Position numbers and translations under genes: made by a program. From a virus: a DNA stretch of 64,000 bases. Below the pieces are notes generated by a model, which saw only the letters and a program-made list of their open reading frames with translations, was not told the DNA's origin and searched no databases. The stretch covers positions 129,959 to 193,958 of the IMG/VR virus record IMGVR_UViG_3300015360_000024, one strand, 5' to 3'. Each line of letters starts with the position of its first letter. Positions within the stretch are counted from its first letter, which is position 1. Shown here in pieces: positions 40,023 through 47,736 of the stretch.

Positions 40023-40262
40023 ATGTTCCGCAAGCTCGTTGAAGAGATCAGACTGGAAGCGCGCTCGAAGGCGCAGCAGTACCACGGCATGATGGCGCAG
40101 CATCCTGATAAGGGAATTCGCGGCGCAGCAGCGACTTCTGCCGGAAAGCAGAGCGCTGCCGGATTGGTTTCGAAGGCTAATGATCGCAAGAACCAGCTTG
40201 CCCCGCAGCTCATCAAGGCATTCCGCGCCGACAACAAGATAGGAAAGGCGATTCGCAAGTGA
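40023..40262 (+). CDS. Small basic protein
   Basis: GAGGGG RBS; GTGA overlap with the next gene. Confidence 0.65.
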   Translation: MFRKLVEEIRLEARSKAQQYHGMMAQHPDKGIRGAAATSAGKQSAAGLVSKANDRKNQLAPQLIKAFRADNKIGKAIRK

Positions 40263-40729
40263 AGGCCGTAGCCATCATCATGTTGTTCGCAATCGGCTGT
40301 AGCGCATCTACGCCGGTTCTGCAGTATCCGAATCTCAGCGACAAGCAGCGCGTTGAGGACAAGAAGCTGCCAGACAGGCCTGATGCGATTGCTATCGCGC
40401 CTGAGAACGACTGGGTGAAGGCAGTGAAGGCCGGCGACGTCGCCGACAAGCCCGGAGTGCTCTTGTCTCCAGACAAGGCCGCACGCGCCAAGAAGTGGCA
40501 GGACGGGTACAACAGCCTTCGGGACCTGTATGACCTGGACCGTCAAGTCTGGCAGCAGCATCGAATCGTCTATGAAGAGAGAACTTCACAGGCGAACGCA
40601 GAGATTAAGCGTCTCTCGCCATCGTGGTGGGATGAGAACAAAGCAACCATCGGATGGGTCGGCGGGTTCGTTATGGGCGCCGCGTGTTCGGTGGCCATCG
40701 TGTACGCGCTCGACAACGTACAGAACTAG
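40259..40729 (+). CDS. Lipoprotein with a C-terminal TM helix (unimolecular spanin-like topology)
   Basis: MKAVAIIMLFAIGC signal with lipobox-like AIGC; C-terminal hydrophobic IGWVGGFVMGAACSVAIVYAL. Confidence 0.55.
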   Translation: MKAVAIIMLFAIGCSASTPVLQYPNLSDKQRVEDKKLPDRPDAIAIAPENDWVKAVKAGDVADKPGVLLSPDKAARAKKWQDGYNSLRDLYDLDRQVWQQHRIVYEERTSQANAEIKRLSPSWWDENKATIGWVGGFVMGAACSVAIVYALDNVQN

Positions 40730-40738
40730 GAGAACGTC

Positions 40739-41662
40739 ATGCTCAAGCCCCGCTACGGAAACGTGTCTGAGTCGGTCTCGGACTTCAATCGCATGCTTGA
40801 TGGCATGAACAAGACCCAGCCTCTTGAGAGGACGTTCGCGGACGACCTCTCTGAGATGTTCAACGTCGAGCAGCAGCTCGTTCAGCTGGAGCAGCAGATC
40901 GAGCACGTCACCAAGGTGATTACTGATTCGTCTGTTCAGGTCAGCGAAGAGGACGCGAACAACATCTCCAAGATGCACACCCACGCTGCCAACATGTACG
41001 GCCAGGCCGCCAACAAGGCGAAGCACCGCATCGAAGCGGCTCAGCGCGTCGGCAACCGCACGATGATGGCGAAGATGCAGGAAGTGCATGATCGCCTCCG
41101 CCAGATGTCGAATGACCACGCACAGAAGGCCAAGACTCGCATCGAGAACAAGATCATCTCCGAGTCGGTTCAGTCCAGGACGTCTGACGCGATGCGGAAG
41201 ATGCGGGTACTTGCCGGCATCGATGGAACTGGTCCGTTGATGCCTCGCGACCCAGGCGTGTTCGGCACGACTCGCTTCAACGAGGGCTACGACTCAATGA
41301 TGACGCCGTTTGCCGTCCGACCTTCCGCGAAGGGCGCTCATGACCATGTTGTTGTGAAGGAAAAGGATCCGGGCGAGGCAGTTCGACTCAAGAAGTCGAT
41401 CGACTTCGTTAGTGGGCGCAAGACCAGGAATGAGGCCCGCGATAAGGATGTCGAGGAGGGCAGATCCAAAGATCAGCAGATCAAGGGTCAGGAAGCGATG
41501 ATGAAGCGCAGCTTCCCCAAGAGGCATGCGCAGTGGTCAGCGGACAGGGACGCGATCATCGCTGGCAGCGGGAAGATTGACGACGGCGAGCGGGCAGTGC
41601 CGAGGTTCTTGAACCAGAGAGCTGGCAAGGCGAAGGACACCCCCGAGAACGATAAGAAGTAG
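40739..41662 (+). CDS. Helical protein, putative internal head protein
   Basis: AGGAG RBS; MRKMRVLAGI motif. Confidence 0.7.
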   Translation: MLKPRYGNVSESVSDFNRMLDGMNKTQPLERTFADDLSEMFNVEQQLVQLEQQIEHVTKVITDSSVQVSEEDANNISKMHTHAANMYGQAANKAKHRIEAAQRVGNRTMMAKMQEVHDRLRQMSNDHAQKAKTRIENKIISESVQSRTSDAMRKMRVLAGIDGTGPLMPRDPGVFGTTRFNEGYDSMMTPFAVRPSAKGAHDHVVVKEKDPGEAVRLKKSIDFVSGRKTRNEARDKDVEEGRSKDQQIKGQEAMMKRSFPKRHAQWSADRDAIIAGSGKIDDGERAVPRFLNQRAGKAKDTPENDKK

Positions 41663-41696
41663 ATCGTCGTCACATCTCTCCAGAGAGTTGACATTC

Positions 41697-41733
41697 CATC
41701 AGTCACCTTGCAAAAGGTGACTGATGTTTTTTT
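41697..41733 (+). terminator. Intrinsic terminator
   Basis: Perfect 13-bp stem CATCAGTCACCTT/AAGGTGACTGATG, GCAA loop, T7 tract. Confidence 0.9.
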
Positions 41734-41751
41734 CGGCTAAGGAGAAGCTGA

Positions 41752-42069
41752 ATGCTGACGAGTAAGAAGATCCCGCGTCGGAAGAAGCCGTGGGAGAAGG
41801 ATCTTCCGAATGCCCCAAGTAAGGGCACGGTCATACGGTCGATCGTTCTCGATCACATCCTCTGGTACGAGATGAGGCTGGTGCCGCAGATACACCAGTT
41901 CGTAGTCGAGGACTACGGCGTGATCACGTGCAGGTCCGTATACCGACATATCAAAGCGTTGGTAGACGATGGCGTGATCAAGAAGGTCCACGACGACAGC
42001 GAGGATACGTTCGGTTACGTACGTGCGAATCGCCCGCGCTGGGATCGCACCGAGCAAGTCTACGCGTAA
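41752..42069 (+). CDS. Winged-HTH-like protein
   Basis: AAGGAG RBS; RSVYRHIKALVDDGVIKKV recognition helix and wing. Confidence 0.6.
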   Translation: MLTSKKIPRRKKPWEKDLPNAPSKGTVIRSIVLDHILWYEMRLVPQIHQFVVEDYGVITCRSVYRHIKALVDDGVIKKVHDDSEDTFGYVRANRPRWDRTEQVYA

Positions 42070-42106
42070 TTGACAATAGCTCGCTGCGCGGCGAGTCTCC
42101 GCCGCG
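42070..42106 (+). promoter_or_regulatory. Promoter for a probably leaderless gene
   Basis: TTGACA-17 nt-GAGTCT-8 nt-ATG; no SD. Confidence 0.55.
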
Positions 42107-42628
42107 ATGAGTGAAGATCCAAAGAACAATCTGGCTATCCTTGACGATCTCAACATCGAGAAGATCTTCACAGCTCCCATCGGTTCCCTAACCGACGAAC
42201 AGGCGGCAGGCGCATGGGCGACGATCGATCTCCTCGAAAAGGTCATCGAGGAACGAAAGAAGAACCTACGGGAACACCTACTGGTCCGAGCGAACGAGAC
42301 CGGGAAGAAGAAGGAGAACGGCTCCTACGAGGTGGAGATGGGCCCGGTGACGGTGATCAGCGAGAGACGCACGGCGAAGCTACCGGACGAGGACGTCGTG
42401 AAGGCTTGCTTGAAGGAAGCGGGCCTGGAGTACGAGGACGCGTTCACGGCACAGATGGTGTGGACGATGGACGGGTCGAAGGTCGACTTCCTGGTTCAAG
42501 GCGGGAAGCTGCCGGCCGAGAAGATCGAAGCTTCCAAGAAGGTGACGTTCGCGCTCAAGGTGAAGCTGGACAAGGCGCTCAAGAGCCAGCTAGAGGGCGT
42601 CAAGAAGCGACTGACGAGCGTGGGATAG
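42107..42628 (+). CDS. Hypothetical charged helical protein
   Basis: 173-aa ORF with strongly biased codons. Confidence 0.75.
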   Translation: MSEDPKNNLAILDDLNIEKIFTAPIGSLTDEQAAGAWATIDLLEKVIEERKKNLREHLLVRANETGKKKENGSYEVEMGPVTVISERRTAKLPDEDVVKACLKEAGLEYEDAFTAQMVWTMDGSKVDFLVQGGKLPAEKIEASKKVTFALKVKLDKALKSQLEGVKKRLTSVG

Positions 42629-42672
42629 TCTTCTACTCCTGTCAGGCGAAGGACGGCGGTCAGCTCGGAGTC

Positions 42673-42825
42673 ATGCCGATCCCGCGCAAGCGCTTGCGTG
42701 TATGGATCGAGAACCGCTACAGGGACGGCACTCGGATGTCGATGGAATCGATCGAGATCGATCGATCGGAAGTGCTAAGGCTGATACATTGCCTGGCCGA
42801 TCTGCTTGATGAGAAGGATAGATGA
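42673..42825 (+). CDS. Small hypothetical protein
   Basis: 3' part of the 42214 ORF fills the gap; start uncertain. Confidence 0.4.
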   Translation: MPIPRKRLRVWIENRYRDGTRMSMESIEIDRSEVLRLIHCLADLLDEKDR

Positions 42826-42826
42826 A

Positions 42827-43201
42827 ATGGTAAAAAAGGAACCGAAGAAAAAGGCCAAGGCAAAGGTCTCTAATGGGGCCAAGGTCTCGAACGGTAGCAA
42901 TGGAGTACATGCTCCTGTTCCTGTTCAGCCTCCTCCTGCGCCGCCATCATTCAGAGCCATTAAGTGGGAGATGGAAGAAGAGGTTCGCGAGTTCAGGGAG
43001 CGCATGGTTGCCAAGTACTCAAACTTCCATGGCCACGATCTTCGCAAAGACCTCTCCTGGTACATGGAGCAGATGGGGATCGGAATTCACAGTGATATAG
43101 AGCGAGCCAAGCGTGATGAGCGCAATAGGCTGATCGCTGCGAATCAGACCGCCGAGAAGCTCGCTGCTGAAACTCAAAAGCTCGACGGCGAGAAGAAATA
43201 G
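42827..43201 (+). CDS. Hypothetical protein
   Basis: AAGGA about 8 nt upstream of ATG 42827. Confidence 0.65.
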   Translation: MVKKEPKKKAKAKVSNGAKVSNGSNGVHAPVPVQPPPAPPSFRAIKWEMEEEVREFRERMVAKYSNFHGHDLRKDLSWYMEQMGIGIHSDIERAKRDERNRLIAANQTAEKLAAETQKLDGEKK

Positions 43202-43215
43202 TCGCAATTTCCTGC

Positions 43216-43243
43216 TTGACTATTTCGCCACCATCCGTAAAGT
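43216..43243 (+). promoter_or_regulatory. Sigma70-type promoter for the ncRNA/Ro60 unit
   Basis: TTGACT-16 nt-TAAAGT; predicted start near 43250. Confidence 0.6.
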
Positions 43244-43252
43244 CACTTCCCA

Positions 43253-43410
43253 AGCGAGCCGAAGTTAGAAGGTTACCAAACCACGAGAAAAACCATGCAG
43301 GGGGACCTGCATGACCCTAAACAAAAGACAGGGCCATCCAAACACGTGTGGGGATACACGTGACTCGCCGTAAAAAGCGAGACATCCAAACCTCCTTCTG
43401 ACATCCCGCT
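43253..43410 (+). ncRNA. Putative Y-RNA-like structured RNA (may extend to ~43500)
   Basis: 5' GCCGAAG; terminal pairings 43264-72/43394-402 and 43253-56/43407-10; four internal hairpins; adjacent to Ro60. Confidence 0.6.
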
Positions 43411-43527
43411 TCCCGGAACTTGTTCGCTAAATTTTTTCAGCAATAGTCGCGGCAAACGACAAACGCTTTCGGGCCCATAACGGGCCCGTCCTTGTCCGAG
43501 GGATCGGACCGAAAAGGAAGCAGCCAG

Positions 43528-45165
43528 ATGACGACCCATTACTCAGATCACGTCAACGAGAAGAAGACCCCGCAGAACCAGAAGGCCAAGGCCGGACAGG
43601 TTCTCAACCAGGCCGGTGGTTTCGTGTTCGCTGTGGACCAGTGGGTCCAGCTGGACCGATTCCTGATCCTCGGCACCGAGGGTGGCACCTACTACGCCTC
43701 CGAGAAGGAGTCGACGGTCAAGGCCGCCGCATGTGTGGAGAAGTGCATCGCCACGGACGGTCTAAAGACTGTTGCTCGCGTCCTTGAGATCAGCGACGGT
43801 GGCCGTGCGCCCAAGAACGATCCGGCACTGCTGGTTCTGGCGATGTGCGCCAAGAAGGGCGACGACGCCACCAAGGCCGCAGCTCGCGCCGCGCTGCCGA
43901 AGGTCGCGCGTATCGGCACGCACCTGTTCACGCTCGCTCAGAACATCGAGGCGTTCGGTGGCTGGGGTCGTTCGACCAAGCGTGCGTTCGCGGACTGGTA
44001 CCAGACGAAGACCCTGTCCTCGGCTGCGTTCCAGGCTGTGAAGTACCAGTCGCGTAACGGCTGGTCGCACCGGGACATCCTGCGTCTAGCGCACCCGAAG
44101 CCGAAGGACGATGGCTTCAAGGCGCTCTTCAAGTGGATCACCAAGGGTGAGCTGGAGGATGTCGCCATCGAAGGCCTGGAGATCGTCAAGGCGTTCGAGG
44201 TCGCGAAGAAGACCAAGGACAAGAAGGAAATCGTTGCGCTGATCAAGGCTCACGGCCTGCAGCGTGAAATGATTCCGACCGAGTTCCTGTCGGAGCCGGA
44301 CGTCTGGGAGGCAATGCTTCCGTCGATGGGCGTCACTGCACTCGTGCGCAACCTGGCGAACATGACGCGTATCGGGCTTCTGAAGCCGATGTCGTCTGCA
44401 ACCAAGTCCGTTATCGCCTCGCTGGAGGACGCGGAGAAGCTGCAGAAGGCGCGTCTGCACCCGATCGCTGTTCTGTCGGCCCTGCTGACGTACAAGTCGG
44501 GCGGCGGTGGTCTGTACTCGAAGTCCCAGCACACCTGGACTCCGCTGACCTCCATCGTCGACGCACTCGATGCAGCGTTCTATAAGACCTTCAAGGCGGT
44601 CGAGCCAGCTGGTAAGCGCACGCTTCTGGCTCTCGACGTCTCGGGCTCGATGGACGGCGGCGTCATCGCGGGCGTGCAGGGTCTAACCCCGCGTATGGGT
44701 TCCTGCGCCATGTCACTCATCACGGCGGCGACCGAGAAGGACCACCACTTCATCGGCTTCACGTCGGGTAGCGGTGGCTGGGGCCGGCCGAAGAGCGGCA
44801 GCGACGACGGCATCACGCAGATCGACATCTCGCCGAAGATGCGTCTGGACCAGGTTGTTCAGAAGGTCAGCGCCCTCCCCATGGGAGGCACGGACTGCGC
44901 TGCGCCGATGGTCTGGGCTCAGAAGCACAAGATCGAGGTCGACACCTTCTGCGTCTACACGGACAGTGAGACGTGGGCTGGCACCATCCAGCCGTTCCAG
45001 GCACTGAAGGAGTACCGCCAGAAGATGGGCATCGGCGCAAAGCTGGTGGTCATCGGAATGACCTCTACGGAGTTCACGATCGCTGACCCGAGCGACGCAG
45101 GTATGATGGACGTCGTTGGATTCGACACGGCAGCCCCGGGTCTGATCAACGACTTCTCTCGGTAA
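43528..45165 (+). CDS. rsr: Ro60/TROVE-domain RNA-binding protein (Rsr-like)
   Basis: NQAGGFVF..LDRFLILGTEGGTYY, GWGRS, KYQSRNGWSHRDILRLAHP, and vWA DVSGSM..GGTDCA..YTDSETW. Confidence 0.95.
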   Translation: MTTHYSDHVNEKKTPQNQKAKAGQVLNQAGGFVFAVDQWVQLDRFLILGTEGGTYYASEKESTVKAAACVEKCIATDGLKTVARVLEISDGGRAPKNDPALLVLAMCAKKGDDATKAAARAALPKVARIGTHLFTLAQNIEAFGGWGRSTKRAFADWYQTKTLSSAAFQAVKYQSRNGWSHRDILRLAHPKPKDDGFKALFKWITKGELEDVAIEGLEIVKAFEVAKKTKDKKEIVALIKAHGLQREMIPTEFLSEPDVWEAMLPSMGVTALVRNLANMTRIGLLKPMSSATKSVIASLEDAEKLQKARLHPIAVLSALLTYKSGGGGLYSKSQHTWTPLTSIVDALDAAFYKTFKAVEPAGKRTLLALDVSGSMDGGVIAGVQGLTPRMGSCAMSLITAATEKDHHFIGFTSGSGGWGRPKSGSDDGITQIDISPKMRLDQVVQKVSALPMGGTDCAAPMVWAQKHKIEVDTFCVYTDSETWAGTIQPFQALKEYRQKMGIGAKLVVIGMTSTEFTIADPSDAGMMDVVGFDTAAPGLINDFSR

Positions 45166-45187
45166 GTTGTAGAGCCCTCCCTAGGGG

Positions 45188-45228
45188 CGGCCCGGTCAGG
45201 ATGTTCCTGACCGGGCTGTTTGTTTTTT
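45188..45228 (+). terminator. Intrinsic terminator after Ro60
   Basis: Perfect 11-bp stem GCCCGGTCAGG/CCTGACCGGGC followed by TGTTTGTTTTTT. Confidence 0.9.
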
Positions 45229-45238
45229 GAGGTAACCC

Positions 45239-45592
45239 GTGCCCACTTTGGCCTGCTATCTCCTGCGCGAAGACGGCCAGTGGTACGAGCTGGGCAACCA
45301 TCCGCATTGGCGCACGACATTCGCCGTGTTTCCGGGTGAGGCCGACGGTTCGGTGATGCTAGGGCCGGATGATGTCCCGCTGCTTGCTCTTCGCTTGGAA
45401 GGGTACGGCTACGAGAGCGCAGTGCTGGAGCGCTTGGCGGCCGATATTATTCGTTGGGCGAACGAGGGGAAGAGTCCTCGGGCGACGTGGATTGACCAAG
45501 CCATGGGCAAGTTCAGGTTCATGACCGAACTATGCGCCGAGGTCCCCGTCGATGGATTGCCGTCGCCGATCACAGGTCGCTTTCAGCCGTGA
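45239..45592 (+). CDS. Hypothetical protein
   Basis: GAGG RBS, GTG start. Confidence 0.6.
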   Translation: MPTLACYLLREDGQWYELGNHPHWRTTFAVFPGEADGSVMLGPDDVPLLALRLEGYGYESAVLERLAADIIRWANEGKSPRATWIDQAMGKFRFMTELCAEVPVDGLPSPITGRFQP

Positions 45593-45615
45593 TCTGGCCC
45601 TGGTAAGATGGCGGC

Positions 45616-46038
45616 ATGGTCAAAGATATTCCAGACCTTGATACGCCGTACGTCTATAACGCGATCCTGGTAAGGATTCTGGACGGCGATACGGCCAGGC
45701 TCAAACTGTGGCGGCCGTTCAAGGCGGAATGGGATTTCGGCTTCTATATCAAAGAGGAAATCCACAGCGTCCGCAGCATCGAGATGAACTGCCGAATGCT
45801 TGGCATCAACACGCCAGAGATCCATGGCGTCTCTAAGGAGATTCAAACCAAGGGTCAGGCTGCAGCGGCGGAGCTGACGAGACTGTTGGGTTTGGGTGAG
45901 ATCCGAGCGAGGACAGCCAAGCCAGACAAATACGGCCGGTGGTTGGCGGATCTATGGGTTACGGATAGCGACGGTAACGTAACCCACGTGAATTCATGGC
46001 TTGTTGAGCATGGGTTCGCAATCTCTTACATGGAGTGA
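45616..46038 (+). CDS. Thermonuclease (SNase-like) family protein
   Basis: ILDGDT, RMLGINTPE, DKYGRWLA and VN.WLVE.GFA motifs. Confidence 0.9.
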   Translation: MVKDIPDLDTPYVYNAILVRILDGDTARLKLWRPFKAEWDFGFYIKEEIHSVRSIEMNCRMLGINTPEIHGVSKEIQTKGQAAAAELTRLLGLGEIRARTAKPDKYGRWLADLWVTDSDGNVTHVNSWLVEHGFAISYME

Positions 46039-46379
46039 TTGCTGATATGGTGCGATCCATGATGATCGCAATCTGGCCTCTGGTTATTTGTGTTGTTGGC
46101 GCTCTTGTCTATGCATTGACGGAAGGTAATCCGTCAGAGCTTGGTCGCATCACGTATGGCGTCGGGTTGCTGTGGTTGACCTTTTCATTGATCGGCCATG
46201 CGCTCAAGCTTGACAGTATGGCCCTCGCCGTCTGGCCACTCGTTATTGCTGTTGTTGGGGCGCTCGTCTTTGCGCTGTCTGGACACACCAAGATGAAGGA
46301 GATGGGGCGTATCGCGTTTATGGTCGGCATGATCTGGCTGGTTTATAGCCTCGTCGGCAAGACCATGACGATGGGCTAG
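46035..46379 (+). CDS. Four-TM membrane protein built from a tandem duplication
   Basis: WPLVIxVVGALVxAL..ExGRI..VG..WL occurs twice. Confidence 0.75.
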   Translation: MIADMVRSMMIAIWPLVICVVGALVYALTEGNPSELGRITYGVGLLWLTFSLIGHALKLDSMALAVWPLVIAVVGALVFALSGHTKMKEMGRIAFMVGMIWLVYSLVGKTMTMG

Positions 46380-46422
46380 GATCCGTTGACAATGGGGCTT
46401 CCGTCGGGCTTCATCCGCGCCC

Positions 46423-46785
46423 ATGGAAACCGATTACCTGATCTCCGAGCTGATTAACGAGTCGTACAAGACCGCCGTCGAGAAGGGCTGGTGGGAGAGC
46501 AACGCCGAACGCGAGGTCGGCACCGCCTTGATGTTGATGGTCACCGAACTGGCCGAGGCAATGGAGGAGCACCGAAGCGGGCGTAGCCTGGACGAGATCT
46601 GGCATCAGCCAGAAGGTCATCCGAAGGTTGGCAAGCCGGAGGGTGTTCCGGTCGAGCTTGCCGACGTGATCATCCGCATCTGCGATCTCGCTGGGCACCA
46701 CAAGATCCCACTGAACCGTGCCCTACGCGAGAAGCTCGCCTACAACAAGACCCGTTCATACCGGCACGGTGGCAAGAAAGCCTGA
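46423..46785 (+). CDS. MazG-like nucleotide pyrophosphohydrolase
   Basis: LMVTELAEAMEE..VELADVIIRICD..K.AYN..R pattern. Confidence 0.85.
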   Translation: METDYLISELINESYKTAVEKGWWESNAEREVGTALMLMVTELAEAMEEHRSGRSLDEIWHQPEGHPKVGKPEGVPVELADVIIRICDLAGHHKIPLNRALREKLAYNKTRSYRHGGKKA

Positions 46786-46825
46786 TTAGGGCTGGATTTT
46801 TCCGCCATGGTAGTATCGCGCGCAT

Positions 46826-47059
46826 ATGGCCAGTGGATCCAAATCCAAGCGCATCAGCGAGGCTCAGGCGGAGTTAAACCGCCTGGCGCTCGTTGATATC
46901 GGCAAGCGACTTGCCGAGCTTGAGAAGAAGTTCTGGGATCTTGAGCGCGAGGCCGAGGATTTGAAGTACTTCAGCCAGAACACGCTGGATACAGCCAAAC
47001 GCCTGCAGGTCATCGTTGCGAAAATAGTTGCGAATATGAAGGTCAAGAAGAAGACATGA
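46826..47059 (+). CDS. Small coiled-coil protein
   Basis: TGG-TAGTAT extended -10 just upstream; ATGA overlap downstream. Confidence 0.6.
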   Translation: MASGSKSKRISEAQAELNRLALVDIGKRLAELEKKFWDLEREAEDLKYFSQNTLDTAKRLQVIVAKIVANMKVKKKT

Positions 47060-47490
47060 CCAAGACTTCTGATTTGGACGATGAGAACACGTCCGGCCGG
47101 CAGTGCGCCGCGAGCGTGGAGTACAAAGATCGTCAGGGCGCTTGCCAGCGCGAGGGCAAGCATCCTGATCCAGATGGTGTTCGTTGGTGGTGCGGGTTGC
47201 ACACGCCAGATCGGAAACCGAAGGTCAGGCTGGCGCCACCCGAGAGCGGCAGCGCCTCAAACGTTGATCGCGACGTATTGCTTGGGATGCGGAACCCAGA
47301 TGCTGACGAGATGTTGGAAGCGCTCGAACAGGCATGGGCTGCACTGGGAGAGATCTCCAATATTCGCGACGTTGGATGGCCGACTAACACACCGGCCGAG
47401 AAGTATAAAATCATGATGGCCCACATGGCTGATCGAGCCAAAGAGGTCCACACAGCACTGAGCGACAAAATCGCTCGGTTCAGGTCTTGA
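47056..47490 (+). CDS. Hypothetical protein with a C/H Zn-finger-like motif
   Basis: QCAA..ACQR..WCGLH. Confidence 0.6.
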   Translation: MTKTSDLDDENTSGRQCAASVEYKDRQGACQREGKHPDPDGVRWWCGLHTPDRKPKVRLAPPESGSASNVDRDVLLGMRNPDADEMLEALEQAWAALGEISNIRDVGWPTNTPAEKYKIMMAHMADRAKEVHTALSDKIARFRS

Positions 47491-47515
47491 CGGCATCCAC
47501 AGGTAGAAGTATTCT
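47487..47515 (+). promoter_or_regulatory. Sigma70-type promoter for the vWA unit
   Basis: TTGACG-17 nt-TATTCT. Confidence 0.7.
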
Positions 47516-47534
47516 CCGTCGTGAAAGTCGCGCC

Positions 47535-47626
47535 CCTGTGGGGTTTTGGACCTTCGAGCTAGCCTCGCCGCGCCTGTAAGGGTTTTGGGCTCTGCTAGAC
47601 GGACATCGTCACAGGTCGAGGTTTTG
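47535..47626 (+). repeat. Three GGTTTTG motifs at exact 39-nt spacing in a structured leader
   Basis: GGTTTTG at 47542, 47581 and 47620; the first two extend to CCTGT-N2/3-GGTTTTGG. Confidence 0.6.
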
Positions 47627-47736
47627 AAGAGCCGTCCAGCTCTTGCGCCACGATCGTCACAATGAATTCGTCGCAGAGACAGCGCGCCACATGTTGTGGT
47701 GGCAGCGGCGTGTTCGCAAAAAGGAACAACAAGGCT

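Noticed and set aside
42214-42825. Programmed frameshift joining 42107 to the 42214 frame
   Set aside because: No slippery heptamer near 42620; the long overlap is most simply a shadow frame of a GC-biased gene.
47535-47660. Mini-CRISPR array
   Set aside because: Repeats are only 7-16 nt, degenerate and non-palindromic, and there are no cas genes in the window. Kept only as a periodic motif.
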